Shown piece by piece: positions 24,446-37,443 of a DNA stretch of 64,000 nt. Origin of the DNA: Auanema rhodensis (taxonomy: Eukaryota; Animalia; Nematoda); NCBI GenBank assembly GCA_964057225.1, contig OZ059894.1, positions 14,756,001 through 14,820,000 on the forward strand, in the 5' to 3' direction. A model generated the notes under the pieces. The model did no database searches and was not told where the DNA came from. It worked only from the letters and a program-made list of their open reading frames with translations. The translations under genes were made by a program, and so were the position numbers. Positions within the stretch are counted from its first letter, which is position 1. Each line of letters opens with the position of its first letter.

Positions 24446-24843
24446 ATATCTCGTTTCGGGGAAATGCTACACGAAGATGGTGCGTATTTAATCTTAAATT
24501 TGTCAACAAAAAACATCTTCTGGCCTAATATTAGTGAACTATTATTCAAGGTAAAATAATGAAATGCTACAAGTAATATTACAAATTGTTTAGGTATTTT
24601 GATGTAAATGTGGACAAGAAAAAAAGAAATAGATCTCGAATCCGACGATGAAGAGGATTCCTGGGATTCTGATTATGATTTGAATTAATAAATTTATGTA
24701 ATAACGTCTTGTTTGATTTATTCTTCGAAATCCGTTAAAAAAAACGACGTTGTACTTACTCAATTCCTTGAAAAAATAAGTAAAGCAGTGCGGGAGCCCA
24801 CTATTTGCTGCCAATACTCAATAATAATTTTATCATTTTATAG

Positions 24844-26444
24844 ATGAGTGTTAAACGTGTTAATAAGTACAATCTATCTAACTTTATTCCTTTTCGACAT
24901 AGTACGCATTGCTTAGTTATTAATAGTCCTTCAGGTTCTCATATTTTTAATTTTTATTTTTATCTCATGAATTTAGTGAAGAAAGAATATGAAGAATATC
25001 ATAAACAGATAGTACTAATATCTACCGAAGGATCTTTGATTTTTCTTGATAAACCATCCACTATCGTTCCATTAGCTACTTATCTACCTATTGAAGTAAG
25101 AATTTTCAAATTCGTATATATTATAACTAATTATTCAAGTTTTCTAATGGTCATTTTGCTGAATTCGTATGTGGTGATGTAACTCATGATGTCCTTCCGG
25201 ACGGTTCGGCACTGTTGTTTACTTTGTAAGATTTTGAACTGAATTATTTTGTATTGTGAAATACATGAAGTTGGGTTGAGCTGAGCAAGCATTGTGTTCC
25301 AACGGGCTGTTATTTTGCCACATTCCGTATAAGTGCTCAACGAGAATTTACTCTTATAAATCACGTTAGTATATTTCGCTTTTGATCTTTTTTGATGTTT
25401 TTTGAATTTTAGAAAGTTCTTGGAGCAGGAGCACGGATAGCTAGTTGTTATTATGCTCATATAACTGATAAGAATACAGTTAAGAAAATTTGTACTTGCT
25501 TCATATCACGGGACTCTAAAACCTCTTATCAAGGAAATCCAAAAACTGAGTCTTTACTCTATGAAGTAAAGGTAATTAAACTTTTTGTTTTTATTTAATT
25601 TCTTCATTGTTTTACTAGGACAATTCAGTGGTTGTTTACAATAATGTGGCTGATGAAGCCATTTCAGCTGAAACTTTCTCAAAAGTTTCTGGTGTAGTTA
25701 TACGATATGATACCAAACAACTTGCTGCTTCTCAATGGCGTGTATTTGGTTTTGACACAGGCTTTGCCATCATTACAGTTTCAAGCTATGAATTCGGCAT
25801 GAAATTCAAAAAGTTAGTTTTTGATAATTTTTAATTTCCATAAATGTGATTTACAGACAAGTCGTTAAGTTTACTGCCCCAGTATCTGTTGCTTTAATTC
25901 TTCCTGATAGTAAATCTCAAGATGTTAACGTAAGGCATATCTTGTTATCTTCAACATTTGGTCCAGTAATGGTATGGAAATTCACTTACGAGGTTTTTCT
26001 TTTCTAAATATGTTGTATAACATTCGTTTTACTTTCAGAATGATAATCTTGTTGGTGAACATTTAGCAAATCTCGAATTGAATGGAAAGTATGACTCCAT
26101 TACTTGTGGATGTATCATGGGTGATTTAGTTTTGATTGGAACTTTTAAAGGGGTTTTGTGTAATATTCAGTATAAGTTTAATTATTATTTTGATTTCAGA
26201 AGATGTTGGCGTATAAGTTAAGAAATATTACTACCCAGCATATTACATTACCTTCTGAAACAGAAGCACTTGTAAAAATAGACTCATTCAAACAGTTTAA
26301 TGCTCCTTTAACATCCTTGAAGGTATTTGTTTTCAGCTGTTCAAAACTTTATTCTCTTCTCAGACATTGGACGATTGTGAAGCATGTGCTTTAACTACGG
26401 AAGGAGCGCAGATTCTAACAAAGTACATAGATTTAGAAAATTAG
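24844..26444 (+). CDS. KPTN: Divergent Kaptin-like (KICSTOR subunit) beta-propeller protein
   Basis: About 10 in-phase exons. The C-terminal half has ordered motifs WRVFGFDTGF, KFTAPVSVALI, HILLSSTFGPVMVWK, KYDSITCG, VLIGTFKGKMLAYK, KQFNAPLTSL and ALTTEGAQIL, colinear with recalled KPTN motifs (FDGPISRV, VLVASMLEPAVVYR, FDSVLCS, VLVATYGQELLCYK, RSFSSPLLAM, VVSLKGVHIL). The gene is well supported; its identity is inferred. Confidence 0.68.
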
Positions 26445-26449
26445 TATGG

Positions 26450-26463
26450 AATAAACGTTTATT
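26450..26463. terminator. Palindromic bidirectional polyadenylation signal AATAAACGTTTATT
   Basis: Perfect 14-bp palindrome with AATAAA on + (26450-26455) and on - (26463-26458), lying in the 32-bp gap between the KPTN-like stop (26444) and the TKFC stop (26477). Confidence 0.7.
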
Positions 26464-26476
26464 ATAAAGCTGATTA

Positions 26477-28922
26477 TTATTTTTGAATTGCTGCTTTTAA
26501 CCAATAATAGAATGCCATCGCTCCTGCATCTGGAATGACTTGAGCCTGTAATAGTTGAACTATAGCCTTTAATATAAAAATAGAAAATTATACTGATTGG
26601 GGAGTGTAACTGGCTCTTCCTGCTGCTGCTTTCATTTCAGATGTTGACAACGCCCCTTGTCTAGTTTTCTATATTTACTCATTAAAACGATCACTACCTT
26701 TTACCCAAACCTCTAAAACTGAATTCCAATCGACGTTATTCAAATCTTGTGCTTTTAACTCACTTACTGCCGCAAACAAGCTATCAACCTGAATATTTAC
26801 TTTAACGTTCTATTCCTAATTTGATCTTCTGATTAACCATCGTTCTATCACCTGGATCAGCTTTTCCGTACTTCCTTACAATTTCTAATCCCTTTTCAAA
26901 AGCAATCAGAAGTTCTTCAGATGTTCCTTCTCTGATCTCGTTTGATGCAGCTCCTATCATCAGAGCATATATCTAAAAAAACAAGAGAAAGAAATAGATA
27001 TTAGATTTAAACCAGTTACAGCTCCACTAGTTCCTCCAACTTCACTATCAAATATTTCTGCAATTTGTTCCAAGGTACTCCGATAATCATAAAATTTTAA
27101 ATTATTGTTTTCATATTTATCAAGTACCACTGTAATTTTCTATGAAATTTTTGATTTTGTTTACTTTGCTAACCTTGTCCAGCTCTAGAAAATGTGAATC
27201 CACAATCACCATCACCAACCGAACTGTCAAGTTTATTCAGTTCTGTTTCACGCTGTATCATTTCGGTACAAATTGAAAGCACAATTTGTTTCAAATCCTC
27301 GTTTTCTTTTTTGTCACAAGCAGGAGTAAAATCAGCGACTTCGACAGCTTTTTGATGTTTTATAGGCTTTACATAATCATTTCTGCCTTCTATATTTTCA
27401 ACCTTTTTCCAACCAAAAGTTTTAGCCGGGGCATCTGATAAAATAGGTATAATGAAGATTTTAGGTTTGATGGAAGCTAATTTTACAATTTCTATATAGG
27501 CTTGTATTTGCAAATTTACTTTACTCTAGTATTATTAGTGTTAATGTTCTACCCATTACCTATTAAATGTAAAACTTCAGGAGTAAAAATTCCAAAAAGA
27601 CTAAGACTTATGCTATGTCCATTCAATGAGCTCATATAACTTCCAACAAGTAGTCTTCTGATTACTAAACCTCGTTTATCTGTAAAGGAGAAACATTTGT
27701 ATACAGTACTCATTATCAGACAGTTACCTAAAGAATTCAAAACTTCAGCGCGTAAGCAGTTCATTTCAATTTCTGAAGTAGCACCCAAATTATTCAACAT
27801 CACGACGAATTCTTTTTCTAAAACAAATGGTTTTTATAACTCAATTTTTTGGTCACCTTGATCATGCTCTTTAATGAGCATAGATACTATAATATCAATA
27901 ATTTCATTTGCTGATTTGATATTTGTTCTTTCTATTCCTGGTTCTCCGTGTATGCCTAGTCCAACCTAGTATATCGATGAAATCATTTAAGCATACATTG
28001 TTTTTCAATTCACTTCCATTTCTTCAATACCAAGCTCGAACATCTTAGATTGTCCAGGTAAGCTACAAGGAGCTAATGCAACTCCAACTGTTCCTAAGAG
28101 TACATAATCCAGGTTTTCTTCTTTAAAATAAAAGTACAAACCAATATGTTGACAACATTTTTCACAAAATCTTGTTATATCATCAAGAGTATCGCCCCTC
28201 TCTGCCATAGCTCCAGCCATCTATACATGCTTCATGGTTATAAAGATATCAATATTAAGAACAAGAAAACCTTTATTACAAATACAGCCCCGGCTAAACC
28301 TCTGCGACCTGTTTTCGAATGCTTTTTTAAAGATACATCATCCGCAATAGTTATTATCTAAATGTGTTTGAATTGGAATGATAATTGAAAGAAAGAACAA
28401 CATTTACTGTTCCTCCATTTCTTTTAAATCTTTCGGCAGCTAATCCGAAATTGAGTCGATCACCTGTGTAATTGATTACAAAAAGAATTGCTCCAGCTTA
28501 ATTCAATATTCAGATCTATAACTATACTTTTCTTACCATCACATTTCGTTTCTTCTAAAGCTATATGAACATTACGAGAGGGGGGAGATGCAAAAACATC
28601 TCCACAAATCGCAGCATCAAGCAATCCTTCGCCTACATATCCTAAATATAACTTATCTTCTTATCTTATCTTTTTCCCCAAATTATACCAGCCGCATAAG
28701 GTTCATGACCAGAGCCACCGCCAGCAATCAGTTTTACTTTGGGCTTCTGATCAGTTCGAAGTACAACTCGTTTACTGTCCTTACAATAAAAATATAATTT
28801 CTCAAGAACGAGACAACTCAAACCTTAGACAAGCGTAGTTTTCCAGCTGAACTCAGTATTAAGCCATTCAAAGAATCATCCACAATAGTTTCAGGACAAT
28901 TTAAGAACTTTTTTTCCGCCAT
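26477..28922 (-). CDS. TKFC: Triokinase/FMN cyclase (dihydroxyacetone kinase, fused DhaK+DhaL)
   Basis: MAEKKFLNCPETIVDDSLNGL, GGGSGHEP, GDVFASPS, NYTGDRLNFG, GRRGLAG, GIHGEPG, NNLGATS, LDSSVGDGDCG, GGTSG, GDRTMVD, AAGRASY, PDAGA, ...AAIQK*. Confidence 0.96.
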
Positions 28923-29534
28923 TGTTGATTGTAGGAATGAAAATGTGGAACTATGGTGAAGAAAAGATAGATAAGGAGATGGAAATAAAAACAAAATGTA
29001 GTTTTCTGTATTGAGATTCAATTTGTTTTTATCATTTTCCTAGTTGTTCAATAAAACTTGTTAGATTGTCTATTGTTTTGATTTTAATTGATGTATGATT
29101 GAATACATTTATATATAGAAAGAGAAATAAGCAATTAAAAGCATTTTTAAAAATTGTTTATTATTCCAAGTTCATTTTTTTAAAAATAGAATTAGATTTC
29201 CTATTTGAACCAAAACAGTGTAGTCATGATATAGAGTAGGAAATTCAAACTACGATTAATGGTGCTTACAGTAGCTAAAGTTTTTTAAATGGACGCCAAA
29301 ATAGCTCGTTAATCCAGGTGCGCGAGGTTAATTCGAATATTTAAAACAAGCGAAGCTATGACACAAATAAAGTTTATCTCACTTTGAAATTATCGCACCT
29401 TTTGAACGGTTGTGACATTTTTTAGTTTCTGTCTTCAATTATAATTTCTTCTTAGTAAGGTTATTATTAATATTAAAACGAATTTCAAAATTCTTTTCAG
29501 AGAATTCACGATAATCCACATTAGAATATGAATA

Positions 29535-32124
29535 ATGTCCGGATGGGTTTGTTTTTTTAATTCTTGATAATGTTTTTCAAGTATTTTAAACAAATTTCTA
29601 GAATAGCAATCGGTATAGCCATGCTCCTTATTATCCTCGTTACTATTACGAACATAACAGGTAAATTTTTTAATGAGCTTGAAAGCAATATAATAGACTG
29701 GTTATATACTGTAATAAGCTTGTACGTGATCATGAAGCGTGCGCTATGGCTATTCAGGGTGAAGATTTCATAAACTTCTTAGCCTTCAGGATGTCTTCTG
29801 GCCAACCAAATCGAAATAAAGATTTGAAAAAATCTAGAATACCGCTGTATAGGAATCTTCGTGACCCCCCTCAAGCTCAAAATCAAGAGAGCATTTTTGC
29901 TAATATGGGTATCAAATGTTATTATATGCCTAAAGTTCAAAGAATAATTTAGCGAAGAAGCATAAAAGAAGACCTGAAATTCCTGTTGTTAATTTATTGG
30001 ATGACGATGAATCAACTAACAGGTGTGAAAATGTCCAAATAATTTTATTCATTTACTAACATTCAGAAATCAAAGTAGCGAAGAACAGATCGAAAAGTGT
30101 ATGAACGATATTTTGGTTGTAAGTGATGTAGAAGATGGGGAATTGTTTGAAGGTAACTAAATATTCTAATAATAGATTGTTTATTTTAATTTCTTTATAG
30201 TTAAAGATGACTCTGGGGAGACTAGTTCTCCTGCAAAGCCAGTCTCTAAGAATAAAAAAATTGGCATTTTAAACGCTCGTCGTAAAAAATCAAGGACCAG
30301 TAGTAATAGTATATCGCCTTCTTCTCCTGAAGTAATATGCTTGAGCGATTCAGGTATTGCTTCCAATATTTTTTATTTAATTTTTTATTCAGATATTGAA
30401 ATGATAACTGAGAATCCAGTAGAAGATATAATAATTGTGGAGGACAGCAATACTGTAAAGGTGAAAATTAAATTTGTTTTGTTGTCTTCTAGTGGTTCCA
30501 CATTTGCTCATGTTTTAGCGTTCTAAAAAATCGAACAAATGTAACAAAGAAATTGAGTTTTCTAAGGAATCATGCTTTGCAGACATTTGTAAAAATGAGT
30601 TTCACCTCGAAACTCGGTTTTGGCGATACACACAGGTAACGTAAAGTATTTGCTAACAAATATGAATATTAACTCAACTTAAGAAAATAGATGCAAGTCC
30701 AGATGCAGCAACTCTTCGCATATGTTCGTATAACGTGTTATGCCAATTGACTATGCAATCCACATCCCATTTGTATAAACATATACGGTATTTTTACTTG
30801 AATATAATTTTTTAAAAATTGTTTCTGCAGATCTGACCCATATTTTTCCGATTTTGAGTATCGTTGGGTATTATTAATGGATGAAATACAATCATTAGCA
30901 GCTGATGTTTTTTGTATGCAAGAAGTTCAATATGATCACTACAGTTCACATTTTTTGCCATTTATGACTTCAAGTAAGATCTGATTAATTTTGTTATATT
31001 ACTGATGATTTTCAGTTGGATATGGAGGGTTTTATAAAAAAAAAACGGGACAGTGTCCCGATGGCTGTGCTATTTTCTATAAAAAAGAAAAGTATGCATC
31101 TATTCGTTATAACATTGTAGAATATTTCGTCAAACCAAATTGCAATATGGATAGAGATCAAATAGGTATAAGATGTATGAAAGTTTGGTATTTCATTATC
31201 TAAATCTTAGGTCAGATTTTACGGTTACGTTGTCATAGTAATGGACAAGAGTTTATAATTGCTAATACACACGTATTATTTAACAAACAGAGAGGTGATA
31301 TCAAAATTGGTCAGCTTGCTGTGCTATTTGCACATATAGATGAGGTTCTATTTTGAATAATGGTTTAATATGTAAAATGATTGGTATTTCCTAGGAAATG
31401 AAATATGGCGATGCTCCTTTGCTTTTAATGGGCGATTTTAACATAGAGCCTTATTCATATGTGTATTCATATATATCGGAAGCAAAGTTCGTCAGGTTTT
31501 TACTGAGGTTTTCAACATATTAGCTTTGCAGAGTTTTTCTAAGAGGTCTTCCACGGAATGAGTTAGCAGGACAAGGTCCAGTGGGAGGGCCTGTCGTTGA
31601 AGCTAAAGATATTCTACCACCAGAGTCACGAGTTCAACGGGATGGTATGTTTGTGGGATCACAATCAAGAAGTAAGCTTGATTTAAAAATAAAAATAATT
31701 TCATCTTCGTTTAGCTGTGGAAAATGATACTTTTACTCATCCATTCAAGTTAGCCTCCGTTTATAGTCATTTGAATATGTCTCAAAAGGTATATAAGTCT
31801 TTAAATTAAGTATAATTGATTTTATTTTAGAAAGATGTTTCAACATCCCATGTAGAGCATGCGAATCCCGATTTTATATTTTATAGTATCAAAAAGAAGT
31901 TACGAACATCAAGTGTAAGCTTTATCGTCAATTAGTTCTGGTTTTATTGCTCATTTAAGGCTTGTCAAGTATTTGAGGATCCAAGGCTTCGTCTTCTTAA
32001 ATATTCCACATTACCTCATGCAGAGCATATTTCTGAGACAACTGGGCCACTTCCAACTATTAATGTTCCTTCTGATCATTTACCTCTTCTAGCTGAATTT
32101 TTGCTCACACCTTCTGAAGAATAG
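29535..32124 (+). CDS. angl-1: Protein angel homolog (CCR4/nocturnin-like EEP phosphodiesterase)
   Basis: Low-complexity N-terminus followed by EEP motifs LRICSYNVLCQ, ADVFCMQEVQYDHY, DGCAIFYKK, IANTHVLFNKQRGDIKIGQL, LLMGDFNIEP, PDFIFYS and PSDHLPLLAEF. The first exons (MSGW|NSNRYSH...) splice in phase, but the start is less certain (alternative ATG 29791). Confidence 0.9.
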
Positions 32125-32485
32125 GTTTTGTATTTTATAAAAATTCTGTCAAAATATTACTGTAAGTATCACTTAATTATAAAATCGTTAACTTAAAAAA
32201 GTGTCTTGCTAGCCTGCAATGATGTGATCTCTTATGATAAGTTATATTATGTAAAAGTCCGTCTTTCTCGTGGGTTTACTTTTTTTTTCGTGATTATTTT
32301 TAGAATTAAATCTTTTTAATAAAGAATGTTATCTTGGTGTACGTGAAAGTAATCAACTTTAAGAATATATTAATCTTTTTTGAAATTCAAATTGTTGCAG
32401 GTTCAACAACTAATTTTTATAAAAATTTTCAATAGGAACATTTCCGTTATTTTATTGTTCAATTTGATTATTGAATTTTTAGAAA

Positions 32486-33880
32486 ATGGGTGAACTGGTT
32501 CATTGTATGATATGTTTCTTGAGACCTACCGGAAGAAATAAGTACTTTATCGCTAGTTGTGGTCACATATTCTGTTATCCATGTTTAACAAATGGTAAAA
32601 CTTTAATTTGAATGCATACTCAATGTCTTGTTTGAAGAACCTTGGATGAATAGATGTAAGAAATGTGGTAAAGCAGCCCGGCTTTTGGAAATTAATTCTT
32701 CACTTCCTCCGGATGTGAGCGTAAATTTGATAATGTAATTAAATAAATATTTGCTTTCAGGTTAAAGACTTATTTTCGCCCATAGATCATATAATTAAGA
32801 ATATGATGAAAGATATAGGAAAAAATATAGACTTCCAAACTAGTCACAGACTTCGTTTAGTAAAAACACTTCAAAATAAAGTAATTTTTGCGATTCTAAA
32901 TGGAAGAGAACCTTTTTACAGAACGATCAATTTGACAAATTACAATGTTTTTGCAAAAATGAAATGAAAAAAAAAGAAGCTTATAAGCAGTATAAACTTA
33001 AGGATATTCTTTTTATTGTTTTTGAATAATTTCCAGAGAAATGGTGAAACTACAAGAGTTTAAGAAAAAGGCTGTGGTCGCAATGCAACAAATGAAGCAA
33101 CGGGAACTTAAGTCTCGTTTAAGTACAACTATATTGTAAGTTTAAAATTTTGTAGTTCACCTCATTAGTTTTAATTATGTGCTCCTAATATTTTATCATG
33201 TCACTTGTGCTATTTAGAGCTTCTAATTTCCAAACGCCTGTTCCCGGTAAACATCGTAGTTTTGTCACATCAACTCCAATTGTTAATGGTATTTTAAAAT
33301 TTTTTCCTTCTATACACATTGAAAACTCTTTCGATTGTTTACATCAAATTTCCTACAGATACTATGAATGTGACCTCATCAGATGTTAGTATGTCGTTTT
33401 CAGCTGCTACTGGTATTGCTCAAAATGCTGATGATTGTGATGTATGTTACTTGATGTATGTTTTCGAGTTTGTTTTCATTTACATTTAGGTGAATATAAT
33501 TGTATCAGGAACTTCGAATTGCCAGATATCTTCAGGAATTAATGATACTGTATGTTTAAATTCTTTGAGAAATACAAGTCTATCTATATGTATATTTAAG
33601 GCTGCTTTACTCTCTTTGCCACAACCTCTTGCTAAAAAGCGATCTATTGAACGGGAAAAAGTCCAATTGTAGTCATTTCAACTGAGTTTTATTTCTTTTT
33701 AGGCTTCTTCTTTACGGAAACCAGGGCAAACTGTCTCGAATTTTAAAACTCCCGTCGTTAAAAAAACGTAAGGCTACTCTTCATGTTTCAAATCAAAACA
33801 TTCTTTAAAAAGCTTCACATTGTTTTAGAAAATTGGATGTTGGTGCCAAATCTCAGCCCTTACCGTTCAAACGGATTTAA
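32486..33880 (+). CDS. zhp-3: RNF212/Zip3-family meiotic crossover RING-finger protein
   Basis: MGELVHCMICF...YFIASCGHIFCYPC...CKKC RING, then VKTYFRP...IDFQTSHRLRLVKTL coiled coil and an S/T/P-rich tail. The IDFQ..R..LVK.L block matches recalled C. elegans ZHP-3. Confidence 0.85.
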
Positions 33881-34090
33881 ATATCATTTATGGTTTTATA
33901 TACATATATATTTGTTTTTTAAAAAAACATATTACCCATACTTAGTTTTTATTGTTTACTTCAATATAACAATGTGAATGTCTGTACAAAATCTTATTGA
34001 AGAATAATATTTTTTTTTGAATTTCTGAAGAAAATGAAACATGTAGATATGATAGTCCTTTTTGGATTGCATTGTGTGAGCATGTACAAG

Positions 34091-37000
34091 TTATGTTTTA
34101 GCTTTTTCGAGCATGTATTCTTCGGTGATGAATGGCTCATCTTGTGTATCGTAGAGCATGAAACAAGCAAACATAATTGTGAATATGATGAATATCCACA
34201 TGATCATTTTCTCTAACATCCTAGAAAATTATAGTTTTTGACTTCAATCATGAGTTGGACGCTTTTTATGTACCTGGCCAGCATCTGCCACTCCTTTCTG
34301 ATTCTTCTCAAGTGCTCTTGAGCTGTGAGATCTTGCCGTATAGCTTGTACTCCCGATAAAACGTCCATAACTGGAATGAGATATGATTTGCTTCATGTTT
34401 TGCCTCGTGTCGAATGTTTTCAAGATGAACACATTATCAAACCTAAGTTTTGCATCACAGGATCTAAGCTTTTGTCAAGGTGTTCATCTACTGGCTCCGG
34501 AGTTTCGGAAGCCGGAACTAGTTGAGTTTTCTGAAATTTGCTATAACTTCTAAACTCTATCAAGCTTGGTAGGATTGCATCAAAAAATCATGCAGCATAA
34601 AAGGGGTAAATTTGCAAATCTCTCACTATTTTAATCAAAATATCAAAAACTTCAAACGAAAATAATTAAAGCTGCACCAGTTAAACTCACTTTCGCATCG
34701 TTCGTCTTGAGCAACTTTTGCTGAAATTGAAGAAAATTGCAGGCGAATGCTTTTTTAATCTCCGTCAACTTATCCTAAAGCATTTTTCAAGTTTTATTTT
34801 CTTTTTTCTCTCATTTTTGAGAGTTTAATAAAAAAGCAAAACTATTTCTTCGCATACACAATACATTCAGATACTTATCCAAACCTACATATTTTTTCAA
34901 TCTCATCTTGATGCTCTCCTGAGTATTTATAAGTTCACGTCCAAAAAACCATTGAACTATGGAGTTTTTATTCATATGTATTGATAATAAAAATGAACGA
35001 ACACGACGACTGATTGGTCTCCCCTAAAATAATTAAGCTTAAACTTCACATTACCGTTTTTAAAAAAATTAAAACCACTTAAGAAAAGCTTACAGCATTT
35101 CCTTGCATTTGAACTCCTAACGTGAATGTTGTACAATATGTTGCCAAAAACATAATGAAAATAAGTCCTATATAGTATTGTCCTTAAATATTACATATGA
35201 TTTGGAATTATATTTTAAGGTATCGAAACCTAGAAGAGGAACTGAGTTCGAAGTAGCAGGTAGCTTATCCGATACCATCATCACTATTAAGATTAAGTTC
35301 AATATATTTTAATTAAATTACTTACGTATGATAGCTAATGATAGTAAAGCTGTTACTCCTAGACTGACCTATAATAGTAAAAATTTGAAATTAAAGATTT
35401 TGATTAAAAAAATTGTTATTTCTTACTTTTTCTGTATTTTCTCCAGTTGATGAATGAGGAGTAAAAAATCCAATGACTGTAACTATTGTAATAAAAGCTG
35501 ATGGAATAATTAATGTGAAAAGATAATATGAGGGATTTCTCTTTATAGCAAAGAAATATGAAATATCAGGATAAGGGCTGGGACAACAATCGTAATATCT
35601 GCAATTAGATATTCATGTTTATAAACTTGTAAAACTTGAAACAAACTTCAAATTACTACGATACTTGAAATCAATTAGTTTCCATTCCATATTTGGAATA
35701 TAATGATTCAATGAAGCCAGGTTCGTTCTTGAAAATGATTATTTTTATTTATTTTACTTTTCTATGAATAAATAAACCTATTCGTATTTGGTTCTATTGT
35801 AGGTTCTTCAACAGTTTGTAACATGATGTGAGATCCATCGTATGACCAGGAAGCAAACATTATATAGCAAATTTGCTGAAAAGTGTGTATATTCTCATTT
35901 TTAAAAATTGTAACAAAATTTGTTTTAGCCAAGTTATCTTATTCATGCTTGTTAGATATGAATTTTTTAGTTTTTCCCAGTCATTTACACGGATTTCACA
36001 TTTATTTTTCATGTAACAAGGCTAACTACTTGGCATATACATACGTTCTCATCTTTTAGCTTCAAAAACCCTCCAAACATCTGTTGCAACTCAACTTCAA
36101 TTTCAAGGAGAAAAAATGGATCAAACCTGATCAAATGGAAAACGATCCAATTGCAAATCACATGTTACATCCGTAATAATAGCTCGAAACAGGGAAATTT
36201 TGCCCGTATTTTCAATGAGAACATTAGTTTGCATTTCGTTTTCTTTGATATTCATATTGGCACTAAAAATATTTTGTTTTGCACACTGAAATTTTACCAT
36301 TTTTTATATAATTTACTTGTTATAAACAAGAAGATCCGGCTTCCAAATCATATCGGATGGAACATGAAGGGTGCTTACACCACCAAACTCTTCTGGATTC
36401 CATAGGAGAAATTCATCAAACCAGTACTAAAGTTAATCACATTTTTCATTTCACAAAGCTCTTTAAGTACTTCTTCAAGCCAGCAATAGATGGTGAGAAT
36501 CTGATCGTTTTCTTGAACTTTTTGAATTTGCTTGAAATATAGTTGTACGGTCACATTAGTTGGACCCGATGATTCAGATTTGACTGGTCTACAATGAATA
36601 CGAATGAATACTAAAGCTTTAACAAGTTGAAGGTGATTCGTACCTTAGTTCTTTTCTGTAATCTTTAAATAAATAGTTCATTAACTCCTTCTGTTGACAA
36701 CTAGATCGAATCTAAAGAAAAACATTTATTCAATTTTAACCACAAATTTCCCTGAACGAATTTATGTTCAGCCTAATGGCGTGAATAGTTTTTTTTCTGT
36801 CAAAAATGTTGAAGAAAAACAAAGCTGATACTGATCTCTGACAGCTTACGTAACTTAATATAGTTTACTTTCTCTTAAAAAGTATCATAATGCGCTAGTT
36901 GATGATGGAACACGAATATCCGTTTCCTTTTTCAACAGAATAAAATTTAGCGAAAGTGCTTCTGGCTGCAGTTTATGCAGCTTAGTTCATTCTCTATACA

Positions 37001-37443
37001 TGGTATGATTATCCTATATTTTTACTTTAACTTTAAAAAGTACATTTACAATTTAATAACAAGTCAGAAAGGAAAGAATTAATTAGGCTATTAAACTTCT
37101 TTAAACTTATTGTGCAAAACGGTTTTAGTATCAAATACATACATATAGATAAAGCGAAATCTATGTTTTGTTTTCAAAAATTCCCTGATGAAAACGAGGT
37201 TGTGGCCTTATTCTCAGCATAACAAAATTACTCATCCACATCATTTGGATAATTAAAATAGCCACAAAGTTGCCAAGCTGCCCAAGCTCAGACTGACAAT
37301 ATGCATAGCGTTCTCAAAATTTTTATGGCAAGCCTTTTATTTTATAAAATCGAGATTCTTTGATGTATTTCAATTAATTTATATATGTTATGTATATAAC
37401 TCACGACAAATAGAATAACTAGGGATGCGAGGTACGCCTTCAT
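34091..37443 (-). CDS. Nicotinic acetylcholine receptor alpha-type subunit (tentatively ACR-27-like)
   Basis: Signal peptide [32 protein letters not shown], Cys-loop [23 protein letters not shown], loop [14 protein letters not shown]1-2 [45 protein letters not shown]4 [20 protein letters not shown]...KAKT*. The family is certain; subunit identity is tentative. Confidence 0.93.
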
